The notes beneath the pieces were generated by a model. It did not search any database and had not been told where the DNA came from. It worked only from the letters and a program-made list of their open reading frames with translations. The position numbers and the translations under genes are program-made. From assembly GCA_009991965.1 (NCBI GenBank), contig JAACWQ010000003.1, positions 15,274 to 79,273 of the forward strand: 64,000 nucleotides of DNA, written 5' to 3'. Positions 19,432 through 28,674 of the stretch are shown here, one piece after another. Numbering within the stretch: the first letter of the stretch is position 1; the number at the start of each line of letters is the position of its first letter. Origin of the DNA: Minisyncoccota bacterium (GTDB lineage: Bacteria > Patescibacteriota > Microgenomatia > UBA1400 > PJMF01).

Positions 19432-19502
19432 ACCACCATTATACGCACCTCTAGAGCAAAAACGCACCTTGTGTCAACCACAATATTTCGTATACTAGGC
19501 CG

Positions 19503-20171
19503 ATGAAAGCTAAAGTACTTCTGACCATTATAGTAAGCTCTGTTATCTTGTTTTCTGCCTGCACACCACCGGTACCAAGTAAACCGCCAATCAAAATCAA
19601 CACTCCTGCCGATCAAGCTACAAATACTACTAACCAAGCGCCACCGCTTGAAAATCAAAAGGAAACTATGCCACCAAACGGAAAAATAGAAAAGACGCTC
19701 TCAGATTTTGGCGAGATTAACGGAAAAATCGTCACCCTCACTACTACTAAAGGACCGATCGTTATTGAACTCTATCGAGAACAAGCACCGCTCACTACTG
19801 CCAACTTTCTCTCGCTAGTGAATAGTGGTTTTTACAACGGCATCGTCTTTCACCGAGTCATCGCAGATTTTATGGCTCAGGTTGGCGATCCATTGACTAA
19901 AGATCCGGGTAAAGAGTCGATGTGGGGAACTGGTGGTCCTGGTTACACAATTGCAGATGAGTTTGGACCTGGCCTGACACACAGCGGTCCAGGCATAGTT
20001 TCCATGGCAAACTCTGGGCCAAATACTGGCGGCAGTCAATTCTTCATCACGTACGCCGCAACCGATTGGCTCGATGGCAAACATGCTATTTTTGGTCATG
20101 TGACCCAAGGCATGGATGTAGTTAATCAGATTGTGGTTGGTGATTCGATTGTGTCGGTAAAGGTGGAGTAG
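19503..20171 (+). CDS. Cyclophilin-type peptidyl-prolyl isomerase, predicted lipoprotein
   Basis: Lipobox 'FSAC', 'FHRVIADFMAQVGDP', 'SMANSGPNTGGSQFFIT', 'LDGKHAIFG'. Confidence 0.95.
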   Translation: MKAKVLLTIIVSSVILFSACTPPVPSKPPIKINTPADQATNTTNQAPPLENQKETMPPNGKIEKTLSDFGEINGKIVTLTTTKGPIVIELYREQAPLTTANFLSLVNSGFYNGIVFHRVIADFMAQVGDPLTKDPGKESMWGTGGPGYTIADEFGPGLTHSGPGIVSMANSGPNTGGSQFFITYAATDWLDGKHAIFGHVTQGMDVVNQIVVGDSIVSVKVE

Positions 20172-20202
20172 TAGCTTACTCCATATCTAAGGAGTCAAAA
20201 AA

Positions 20203-22308
20203 ATTAAATTAACAGAACATTGTGGTGTTCTTGCTACTTGCGGTCCAGATGTGAGTCCAGCAGATTTCGCTGCAGGCTGGTGGCGCTTGCGACATCGTGG
20301 TGATGATGCCTGGGGATTGCTTACAAGGTCTGGTCAAATCACCCAACTTGAGCACGTACAAGCGTCAAATGGTAGCAGTCCCATACACGATCTAAGAAAC
20401 ATCCATACAGCTGCTAACTTGCGCGTCGCTCATGATCGCTACGTGACGAGTGGTCCACGTAGACCAGAAAATGCCCAACCATTTTTCCTTTCCGACGGAG
20501 CATTCACGTTGGGACTGGCACACAATGGAAATCTCCCAGTTGCAGTTGTTCAGCGCCTGCGCGAGCTACTGCACAAACCGTTGCCAGTTATCGCCAGCGA
20601 CTCTTGGGTGATGACCCAGTTTCTTCTCGAGTCGAGACAGAAGTATAAAACGTGGGAGGAGACATTTGTTGCCATGTTGCCACTCTTGCAAGGGGCATTT
20701 TCTTTGGCTTGCTTGACGGATGAAAATGTCATCTACGCCATCCGTGACCCTTGGGAAATCCGCCCACTCTGCCTAGGCAGGAAAAATGAAACTTGGGTCG
20801 TAGCGTCAGAAAGCGTAGCACTTGCCAATATGGGAGCCCAGTACGTTCGTGAGGTAGAACCTGGCGAAATAGTCCGACTAAATCCAGATGGGAGCAGCGG
20901 ATCGACGCTGTATGCCCAAGCCGACGAGCGACGCTGCGTGTTGGAAACAATTTACTTTTCGAAAAATGAGAGTGTTCATGACGGACAGACTATTCGAGAG
21001 CAGCGCAGGCGACTGGGAGAACTAGTCGGAGCTCGATTTAAAGAGAAAAAAATTGCCATTGATTGTGTGATTCCCATCTTAAACTCTGGCAAGCAAATGT
21101 CGATTGGGGTATCACACGCCCTAGAGATGGATAATACAGAAGCCATTAGTATTGCAACAGAGCTACGCTCATTTATTCAAAATACTCCCACCGCAAGAAC
21201 AGAAATAGTCAATCAAAAACATGTCGTTGATGGTGGTTATATCCAAGGCAAACGTATTCTCCTCTGTGACGACTCGCTGGTACGCGGAACCTCGCTAAGC
21301 GCTCTATTGGCAAAAATTCGTGAGCATAATCCAGCAGAGATTCACATTGTGCTTGGATCAGAACCAGTGGTAGACATCTGCGAATGGGGTATTGATTTGC
21401 CAACACGCGAAGAGCTTTTTGTTTTTCAGCTGCTGCAAACAAGACCTGACTGGAACAATACTGAAGAATACGAGGCATGGCTCTCCAAAGTAGAGCATCT
21501 GGTTGCAAAAAAACTCGGAGTAGATTCAGTGACCTACCTTGATAGAACCTCAGTCAATAAAGCACTCAAACGATCGGAAAATCAGCTCTGCCGACACTGC
21601 TTTGGTGGATCAGATCCTATCGAAAATAATCCCCCAACATATCGAGTGGAGCACTTGGAAGCTTTACGCAAGCAAAAAGTGCTGTTTTTTGCATCCGGTA
21701 GTGGCACCAACGTCGAGAATGTTTTGCAGCAGATGCAGGACGGGAAAATTCTTGCCAAACCAATTGGGGTAGTAACCAATAAACGGGACGGCGGAGTGAT
21801 GGATAGGGCCAGAGCATTTGGAGTCGAAACAACAGTTTTTTCTGCCAAGACATACGAACTAGATATTCTTTCATTTATAGTTTCACACCCAGAGGGGATT
21901 CCTGACGTAATCGTGCTAGCCGGATGGATGCGCATACTGTCTGATGAATTTCTCGAAAAGATAGAAAAACTTGGCGTGACAATCGTCAACCTGCATCCAG
22001 CACTCCTCTCTGGAAAAGGAGCGGGTTTTGTTGCTACCGCAGCAGGACGCGTGCCCGAACTACGAGGGGCCGATGTTATAGAACAAGCGCATCAAAAACC
22101 TCTTGCAGAAATGCCAGTTACGGGCGCAACGGTACATCAGGTGCTTCCAGCCCACAAGGTTGATACGGGCAGAGTTATTATCAAAGAGGAAGTAGCACGT
22201 CGTGAGGATGAAACGTTAGCTGAGCTTACGGCTCGAATACACAAGGCTGAGTATCGTATACTGCCAATTGCAATACAACGGATATTGCTAGAACGTTTGA
22301 AAGTATGA
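20203..22308 (+). CDS. purF: Fusion of amidophosphoribosyltransferase (PurF) and GAR formyltransferase (PurN)
   Basis: In-frame 'EHCGV' with Cys at 20221, 'HRG', 'AHNGNL', 'DDSLVRGTS', four Fe-S-type Cys; then 'FASGSGTN', 'LAGWMRIL', 'NLHPALL', 'GATVH..VDTG'. Start inferred at ATT 20203. Confidence 0.9.
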   Translation: MKLTEHCGVLATCGPDVSPADFAAGWWRLRHRGDDAWGLLTRSGQITQLEHVQASNGSSPIHDLRNIHTAANLRVAHDRYVTSGPRRPENAQPFFLSDGAFTLGLAHNGNLPVAVVQRLRELLHKPLPVIASDSWVMTQFLLESRQKYKTWEETFVAMLPLLQGAFSLACLTDENVIYAIRDPWEIRPLCLGRKNETWVVASESVALANMGAQYVREVEPGEIVRLNPDGSSGSTLYAQADERRCVLETIYFSKNESVHDGQTIREQRRRLGELVGARFKEKKIAIDCVIPILNSGKQMSIGVSHALEMDNTEAISIATELRSFIQNTPTARTEIVNQKHVVDGGYIQGKRILLCDDSLVRGTSLSALLAKIREHNPAEIHIVLGSEPVVDICEWGIDLPTREELFVFQLLQTRPDWNNTEEYEAWLSKVEHLVAKKLGVDSVTYLDRTSVNKALKRSENQLCRHCFGGSDPIENNPPTYRVEHLEALRKQKVLFFASGSGTNVENVLQQMQDGKILAKPIGVVTNKRDGGVMDRARAFGVETTVFSAKTYELDILSFIVSHPEGIPDVIVLAGWMRILSDEFLEKIEKLGVTIVNLHPALLSGKGAGFVATAAGRVPELRGADVIEQAHQKPLAEMPVTGATVHQVLPAHKVDTGRVIIKEEVARREDETLAELTARIHKAEYRILPIAIQRILLERLKV

Positions 22309-23885
22309 CAAAACACCAAAAACTCAGCCTTCTTTTTGCAGCCATCGGCCTCCTCTGCCTCACCTTCGCCTTTGGCATTTTGCTGAGCGCCAATGCCTAT
22401 CACCTTTTGCGTAGTGGTAAGTATGAGCAGTCGCTCAAAAACGCACGCCAAGCGTTGCCAATTGCGAGATTGGTGAATAAAACATGGGTAAGCGGCCTAA
22501 AAACAATTGTAGCTGCAAACACAACCCTGCTTTCACTGCAAAAAATTCAAGAGAATGTTGATAACGGCGAAACACCAAACATCACAGAATTTGCGGGTAA
22601 TTTAAAAGAGCTTGAAGTCAGCGCGCAAGCCGTATCTGTGAATATTGAAAATTCGAAATTTCTCACTCGTTTACTCGGCTCAAAACTAGGCAAACTAGAT
22701 ACAGCAATAGAAACGCTAACTCACGTTGTGCCGCTTGCACAGTACTTTACCGAAGGAGAGAAAACGCTCCTTGTTCTCTTGCAAAACTCCGATGAGTTGC
22801 GTGCAACTGGCGGTTTCATGGGCTCGTATGCATTGCTGCATTTCAATTCAGGTAGTTTGAGCGAGATCCTAGTTGAAGATATTTACGACGCAGATGGACA
22901 AGTTCAGGAATACTTTGAACCACCAAAAGGTGTAGCTGAGTTCTTGAGCGGAGGCAAGGGTTGGCGTCTGCCCGATGCCAATTGGAATCCTGACTTTGCG
23001 CTGAGTTCACAAGATACCCTGCGCTTTTTTGCTCTGGCCAGTCGCAATCATATTGATGGTGTTGTGGCGATCAATTTACCAGTCGTCCAATCTCTGCTTG
23101 CTATCACTGGCCCTATCACACTTTCTGACCAAGATATTGTTTTGAGTGAAACGAATGTCGATCAAGTACTTAGAGCAGACAGAGACGCGTTTTTTGCTGG
23201 AAGTACTGCGAAAAAAGACATTATAGCGCTGGCCACTACACAACTAAAATTGGCGGTGGCGAAACTAAACACCGAAGAAAAAAAACAAATCATAGAACAA
23301 TTTCGACAACAGATTTTGCGTGGGAATGTACTAGTCTATTTCCCCAATCAAGAATTGGAAAAGCAAGCCCAAGCACTTGGCCTGTCTGGTTCGCTCGGTC
23401 CTCAAACACTACAGTCCAATACACTTTTTTATTATCCACTTGAATCAAACGTAGGCATCAACAAAGTAAATGCGGCTGTCACCCGTGAGTTTGTCATGAC
23501 GACCTCGGACACCCTGACAGAACTTGGCATCAGTTTGCACAACAACAGCACGCAGGATGGATATGTGAATTATCAGCGACTGCTCTTTAGCCCCGGCCAA
23601 GACATAGAACAAATTGTTGTCAACGGTGAACAGGTATCGGAGTTTGATCGAGAAACAGTCACCAGCAGCACTGGCCAGCAATATGACCAGATTGGGTTTC
23701 TTGTCACCACCCTGCCAAATAATATAACGCGCATTGCTCTTACCTTGACTCACTCTGCGGATTTTTTAAACATACTGCTGCAAAAACAACCAGGAACTGC
23801 CGACACAACACTCACGAGCATCACGCAAAATGGTGCCAAAACACACCAGCTCGATCAATCTTTTCTCGAGTACATGATAGAATGA
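22305..23885 (+). CDS. DUF4012-family membrane-anchored protein
   Basis: '[20 protein letters not shown]', '[10 protein letters not shown]', 'IDGVVAI', 'SNVGINK', 'QKQPG'. Confidence 0.82.
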   Translation: MTKHQKLSLLFAAIGLLCLTFAFGILLSANAYHLLRSGKYEQSLKNARQALPIARLVNKTWVSGLKTIVAANTTLLSLQKIQENVDNGETPNITEFAGNLKELEVSAQAVSVNIENSKFLTRLLGSKLGKLDTAIETLTHVVPLAQYFTEGEKTLLVLLQNSDELRATGGFMGSYALLHFNSGSLSEILVEDIYDADGQVQEYFEPPKGVAEFLSGGKGWRLPDANWNPDFALSSQDTLRFFALASRNHIDGVVAINLPVVQSLLAITGPITLSDQDIVLSETNVDQVLRADRDAFFAGSTAKKDIIALATTQLKLAVAKLNTEEKKQIIEQFRQQILRGNVLVYFPNQELEKQAQALGLSGSLGPQTLQSNTLFYYPLESNVGINKVNAAVTREFVMTTSDTLTELGISLHNNSTQDGYVNYQRLLFSPGQDIEQIVVNGEQVSEFDRETVTSSTGQQYDQIGFLVTTLPNNITRIALTLTHSADFLNILLQKQPGTADTTLTSITQNGAKTHQLDQSFLEYMIE

Positions 23886-23890
23886 TCGAT

Positions 23891-24967
23891 ATGTCAGACA
23901 TTAAAAAAGCAAGTGCTCTCCTCGAAGAATTAGGGATTTCGACGCTACAGGCGAATCATCAAGCACTCGAAGCGAAAACGCTCACGCCTGAATTCTGGCA
24001 GCAGGCAGACGCACAAGAAATCCTCAGCCAACTCAATTTTGCACAAGAACAATTGAACATGGCAACTGAGTTGGAGGCTGCGCTGACAGACATGGAGTTA
24101 TTACAAACTTTACTTGCATCTGCGACCGAAGGCAGCGATGACTATCTAGACCTCGAGCAACAGTTGGCAAACAGCAATAAGAAACTGGACAAACTTGTTC
24201 GCAAAGTCACTCTACGACAGTACTTAAGCGGATCGTATGACAGTTTTGGCGCCATTATTTCCATTCACTCCGGACAAGGCGGCACCGAAGCAATGGATTG
24301 GGCTGATATGTTGCGACGCATGTATGTGCGTTACTTTGAGCGAAAAAACTGGAAATTTGAGTTGCTCAGCGAATCTCGAGGGGAAGAAGCAGGCATCAAA
24401 AGTGCAGAGTACGAAGTCCATGGACCGTTTGTGTACGGCTATCTCAAGCATGAACGTGGCACACACCGACTTGTACGTCAGAGTCCGTTTAATGCCGATG
24501 GTTTGCGCCAAACTTCGTTTGCCCTACTCTCTGTCTTACCACTTATTCCAGAAAGTGAAAAATCTGTGGTTATCGAAGATGGAGATCTGGAGTGGCAATT
24601 CTCACGTGCTGGTGGTGCTGGCGGACAAAATGTTAACAAGGTAAGTAGCGCGGTAGAACTCACACACAAACCAACCGGCATTGTCGTTCGTTGCAGAGAA
24701 GAACGCTCTCAGGTGCAAAACAAAGAGCGTGCAATGCAAAAGCTTCGGGCCGAGCTTGCGTTCCGCGAAGAAACTGCCCGAGAAGAATCACTGGCAAAAG
24801 AAAAAGGTGCGCACACTCATGCCAGCTGGGGTAACCAAATCCGCAACTACGTCTTGCATCCGTACAAGCAAATCAAAGATGTGCGAACAGCAGTCGTACG
24901 CACCGATGTACAGGCTGTGCTCGATGGCGACCTGGATGAGTTTGTGGAAGCGGAACTCAGCCTCTAG
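23891..24967 (+). CDS. prfB: Peptide chain release factor 2 (no frameshift)
   Basis: SPF motif 'HRLVRQSPF', 'GGQNVNK', 'WGNQIRNYV'. Start is 23882 or 23891. Confidence 0.96.
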   Translation: MSDIKKASALLEELGISTLQANHQALEAKTLTPEFWQQADAQEILSQLNFAQEQLNMATELEAALTDMELLQTLLASATEGSDDYLDLEQQLANSNKKLDKLVRKVTLRQYLSGSYDSFGAIISIHSGQGGTEAMDWADMLRRMYVRYFERKNWKFELLSESRGEEAGIKSAEYEVHGPFVYGYLKHERGTHRLVRQSPFNADGLRQTSFALLSVLPLIPESEKSVVIEDGDLEWQFSRAGGAGGQNVNKVSSAVELTHKPTGIVVRCREERSQVQNKERAMQKLRAELAFREETAREESLAKEKGAHTHASWGNQIRNYVLHPYKQIKDVRTAVVRTDVQAVLDGDLDEFVEAELSL

Positions 24968-25014
24968 CCTATGCTCAAGCCCATCTGCTATACTAAATTT
25001 CTATCAAAAAACCC

Positions 25015-25608
25015 ATGCACAAGCTAGATCTCACCGCGCCACAAACACCTATTATAGAATCTACCGAAACTGCAGTTGACGAACTTCCACCCGCAAGCAA
25101 TAATCGAGACTTCACGCCAGAACGTACTAGCGCACAAATAACAAACAAAAACTCCATGAAGAAGAAAAATGTTGTACTAGGATTCTGTGTAGCAGCTATT
25201 TTGGCTGGAACCGCTACTGGATACGGTAGCTACCGCTTATACGCGGGCAACACCAAATCTGCCGACTCGAACACCGAATCAGCAGCAGTTATGTCTAAGA
25301 TTGCAGGCGACAATGTCAAAGCTGGCGATGTTTTTGGCAGCTCAGATACCGCAGCCTTCAATGACCCCGCTACTGGCTACCTCGAAGCTGGCGGCATCAA
25401 TGGCGAAGGTTCACACAAGCTACTCCGTCCAGGTGGCGATTCGCAAACGGTCTACCTCACTTCGTCCGTAACTGACCTCGATAAATTGACCGGTATGGAA
25501 GTCAAAGTCTGGGGCGAAACCTTCAAGGCACAACGAGCAGGTTGGTTGATGGATGTCGGCAGAGTCGAAGTTATCGATGTCGATGGCCAAGCACCCGTTG
25601 CCAAGTAA
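25015..25608 (+). CDS. Single-pass membrane protein with a beta-rich (OB-fold-like) outer domain
   Basis: Disordered N-terminus, one TM, then 'YLTSSVTDLDKLTGMEVKVWGE'; upstream of ftsEX. Confidence 0.6.
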   Translation: MHKLDLTAPQTPIIESTETAVDELPPASNNRDFTPERTSAQITNKNSMKKKNVVLGFCVAAILAGTATGYGSYRLYAGNTKSADSNTESAAVMSKIAGDNVKAGDVFGSSDTAAFNDPATGYLEAGGINGEGSHKLLRPGGDSQTVYLTSSVTDLDKLTGMEVKVWGETFKAQRAGWLMDVGRVEVIDVDGQAPVAK

Positions 25609-25631
25609 CTCCCTTTTCTCTACACTAAGCA

Positions 25632-26561
25632 GTGTTTATGATTCGATTTCAAGACGTCTCGAAAGAGTTCTCGCCTAACAAGTTTGGTGTCAAGCAAATT
25701 AGCTTCGCTGTCGACAATGGTGAGTTTGTTTTTATTACTGGAACATCGGGTAGTGGCAAAACTACGCTCATGCGTCTCATCATCCGTGAGTACGCGCCTA
25801 CCTCTGGAGAGGTATCACTGTTCAATGAGCAGTTGGCAACAATGTCACAAAAAAAAGTGTCAGAACTACGTCGTAAAATTGGTGTGGTATTTCAAGATTA
25901 CAAATTGCTGCCAGAATTAAACGTCTGGGAAAACATCGCACTTCCCCTCGAAATTGTTGGACAACCGCAGGCAGAAATTGAAAGCCGCGTAACCGATTTA
26001 CTAAAGCTGATTGGTTTGATTGAAAAACCCTACCTCTTCCCTTCTCAACTTTCTGGCGGCGAAGCGCAACGAGTTGGTATTGCTCGAGCGCTTGCACTTG
26101 GACCTGAGCTTATTTTTGCTGATGAGCCAACAGGCAACCTTGACGCCGAAAACACCCAGGCTATTGTCGATTTATTAAAGAAAATAAATCAGCTGGGCAC
26201 CACAGTTTTGTTTGCTACACACGACCTGAGTTTAACCAAAGCAGGACAAATCAGAATCCTTAATCTTGATGCCGGCTCGCTCATCCACGACTCAAAACCA
26301 AAAAGCACGGCTACTCCAGCCGTCAAAAAAGTTGTCACGCCACCAGAAAGTAAACCCACGATTACAGCTAAAAAGAAAAGTTGGCTTGGAAAGCTCTTTA
26401 CAAAACCGGAACAAACAACAAAAAAACCAGTTGAGAATCCAGTCGAAAAACCAGAAAACCAACCAAGGAAAAAGAAGGAAGAGAAAAAATCAAAAAAAGA
26501 AAAAGCCACGAGTAAAAAAGTCACCAAACAAGTAGTAACTTCACAGGAAGCCCTGGAGTAA
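25632..26561 (+). CDS. ftsE: Cell division ATP-binding protein FtsE with a Lys-rich C-terminal tail
   Basis: 'GTSGSGKTT', '[14 protein letters not shown]', 'LSGGEAQRV', 'ADEPTGNLD'; adjacent to ftsX. Confidence 0.92.
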   Translation: MFMIRFQDVSKEFSPNKFGVKQISFAVDNGEFVFITGTSGSGKTTLMRLIIREYAPTSGEVSLFNEQLATMSQKKVSELRRKIGVVFQDYKLLPELNVWENIALPLEIVGQPQAEIESRVTDLLKLIGLIEKPYLFPSQLSGGEAQRVGIARALALGPELIFADEPTGNLDAENTQAIVDLLKKINQLGTTVLFATHDLSLTKAGQIRILNLDAGSLIHDSKPKSTATPAVKKVVTPPESKPTITAKKKSWLGKLFTKPEQTTKKPVENPVEKPENQPRKKKEEKKSKKEKATSKKVTKQVVTSQEALE

Positions 26562-26564
26562 CCT

Positions 26565-27437
26565 ATGCAATCTTTTGCCAATGCCCTTACCACCATGCGA
26601 CGGACACCCTACCAGTCGCTCGCGGCCTTATTGATGGTCTCAGTTACTTTTTTTGTCGGATACCGCCTCTCGTTCGTTCTGTCTGGTGCGCATCTTGTGC
26701 TGTCGCATTTTGAATCATCCCCACAGGTGATCGCTTTTTTTAAACTCGATACTGACAAACAAGCAATGGAAACGCTCTCAAAATCTCTCACGAGCACAGA
26801 AAATGTCAGCGACGTACGTCTGATTACCCAAGAGCAAGCGTTGAAAGATTATGCAAAAGAGTATGACGACTCACCACTCTTGCTAGAGCTCGTAACGGCA
26901 GACATTTTGCCTGCAAGTGTCGAAGTCTCAGCAAGTAACGTAGAAACGCTCACCAAACTTGCAGAAGATCTCAAGAAAGAAAAAATCATCGAAGATGTTG
27001 TGTTTCAACAAGATATTGTCGAACAACTGAGCAACTGGACCAAAGCCTTACGAATTGCCGGTCTTGTCGACGTTGGCATTCTCAGTTTTGCATCATTTTT
27101 AACCATCACCATTATCATTACGCTCAAAGCCGCAAACAAAAAATATTCTGTCACTATCATGCGTCTTATCGGCGCCTCCAACTGGTATATCAACAAACCA
27201 TTTATAGTCGAAGGTATTCTCTATGGGGCACTCGGCGCATTGCTCGGTTGGATTGCGATCACGGTCATTCTGCTCTATCTCACACCAACGCTGACCACCT
27301 TTTTCTCGGGCATCATTGCATTTCCTATCCCGCTCGAGTTCTTGCTCCTACAACTGGGAGCGGGCATGCTTGTCGGCGCTCTCCTCGGGGGGTTTGCGAG
27401 CTTTGTCGCTACCAACAGATTTGCAGCGCGTGCGTAA
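26565..27437 (+). CDS. ftsX: Cell division permease FtsX
   Basis: TM1, extracellular loop ('LPASVEV'), 'IMRLIGASNWYINKPFIVEG' and further TMs. Confidence 0.92.
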   Translation: MQSFANALTTMRRTPYQSLAALLMVSVTFFVGYRLSFVLSGAHLVLSHFESSPQVIAFFKLDTDKQAMETLSKSLTSTENVSDVRLITQEQALKDYAKEYDDSPLLLELVTADILPASVEVSASNVETLTKLAEDLKKEKIIEDVVFQQDIVEQLSNWTKALRIAGLVDVGILSFASFLTITIIITLKAANKKYSVTIMRLIGASNWYINKPFIVEGILYGALGALLGWIAITVILLYLTPTLTTFFSGIIAFPIPLEFLLLQLGAGMLVGALLGGFASFVATNRFAARA

Positions 27438-27447
27438 GTTTTTAGCT

Positions 27448-28626
27448 ATGAAATTTTTCTTTCTAACCTGGCTACTCTGGTTCGCTTTTGGCACGACGCC
27501 TGTGTATGCACTCAGTTGCGAAGAGTTTGTTTGTAGTGACACAAATGATGTTGATTGCTTAAAGGACAAGCGGAGTTGTCTGGAATCCAAACTCAACGAA
27601 ACAAAAGATCAACGCGTAACACTTACCAACACGATTAGCATCATCAATGGCAAAGTTCAAATTCAAGAAGTTCAGATCCAGCAAACAGAGGCAGAACTTT
27701 CATTGCTTGAAGCACAAATTGGTGATCTCAGCCAGCGGATTGGCGGACTCAACTTATCACTGGACCGCTTGACCACTCTCTTGGTTGAACGGATTCAAGC
27801 AGAGTACAAACAAACACGAATTAATTCGAATCTACTCTTTTTAAAAACAAGCTCTGCCACAAACTTCTTTTCTCAATTGCAATATCTCAAAGAAGCCAGA
27901 CTGCAAACAGCGGTCGCAATGCAGCGCGCAGAAGCTCAACGACTTGAATTTGATCAGCAAAAATCTACCAAGGAAGAGAAACAAAAAGAAATTGAAGTCG
28001 TCCAAACACGACTTGAGCGCGAACAAAATGTTTTAGCAAAACAACGAAACGAACAACAGTACTTGCTCAAAGAAACCAAAAGCAATGAGACTGCATATCA
28101 GGCAGAGCTCGCAAAAACACTTGCTGAACTTTCTGCCATCCAATCGATTATCGCTGGTAAAGGAAGCGAGACTGAGGTTGGTTCGGTAAATACTGGAGAT
28201 ACTATTGCAAGCATTATCAGTGGCGCGAGCGTCTGCTCGACTGGTAGCCATTTGCACTTCGAGGTTGCCAAAGATGGTGTAACACGTGACCCAGCGTCAT
28301 ACCTCAGCTCAATTTCTCCTGTTTGGAATAACGAACCAGATAGTCCATTTGGGTTTGGTGGCAACTGGGACTGGCCGGTTTTCAACGCCGCTCGCATTAC
28401 CCAAGGTTTTGGCATGACCTACTACGCACGCGTGCGACGAGCGTACGGTGGATCTCCGCATACTGGCATCGACATGCTCAGCACGTCTAGAGACTCGCGT
28501 GTCCGCGCAGTGCAACCAGGCAAACTCTATCGTGGCAGCATTGCCTGCGGTGGTGGCAACCTACGCTATGTTCGAGTTGAGCAGAGTGATGGGATTAGCA
28601 CGTATTATTTGCATGTGAATTATTAG
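27448..28626 (+). CDS. Secreted coiled-coil protein with a circularly permuted M23 peptidase domain (putative FtsEX partner)
   Basis: Signal peptide, long coiled coil, then 'STGSHLHFEV..DPASYL' before 'WP..ITQGFG..HTGID..YYLH*'. Confidence 0.85.
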   Translation: MKFFFLTWLLWFAFGTTPVYALSCEEFVCSDTNDVDCLKDKRSCLESKLNETKDQRVTLTNTISIINGKVQIQEVQIQQTEAELSLLEAQIGDLSQRIGGLNLSLDRLTTLLVERIQAEYKQTRINSNLLFLKTSSATNFFSQLQYLKEARLQTAVAMQRAEAQRLEFDQQKSTKEEKQKEIEVVQTRLEREQNVLAKQRNEQQYLLKETKSNETAYQAELAKTLAELSAIQSIIAGKGSETEVGSVNTGDTIASIISGASVCSTGSHLHFEVAKDGVTRDPASYLSSISPVWNNEPDSPFGFGGNWDWPVFNAARITQGFGMTYYARVRRAYGGSPHTGIDMLSTSRDSRVRAVQPGKLYRGSIACGGGNLRYVRVEQSDGISTYYLHVNY

Positions 28627-28674
28627 ATTTATCTCGCTACACTTCCCGTCATCTTCGGCACATAAACTCAATGT

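Noticed and set aside
27316-27447. Longer upstream starts in the ORF track (1090, 11861, 17340, 27316, 36788, 42488, 50499)
   Set aside because: They overlap neighbouring genes or regulatory regions; downstream ATGs fit SD or -10 signals and family N-termini better.
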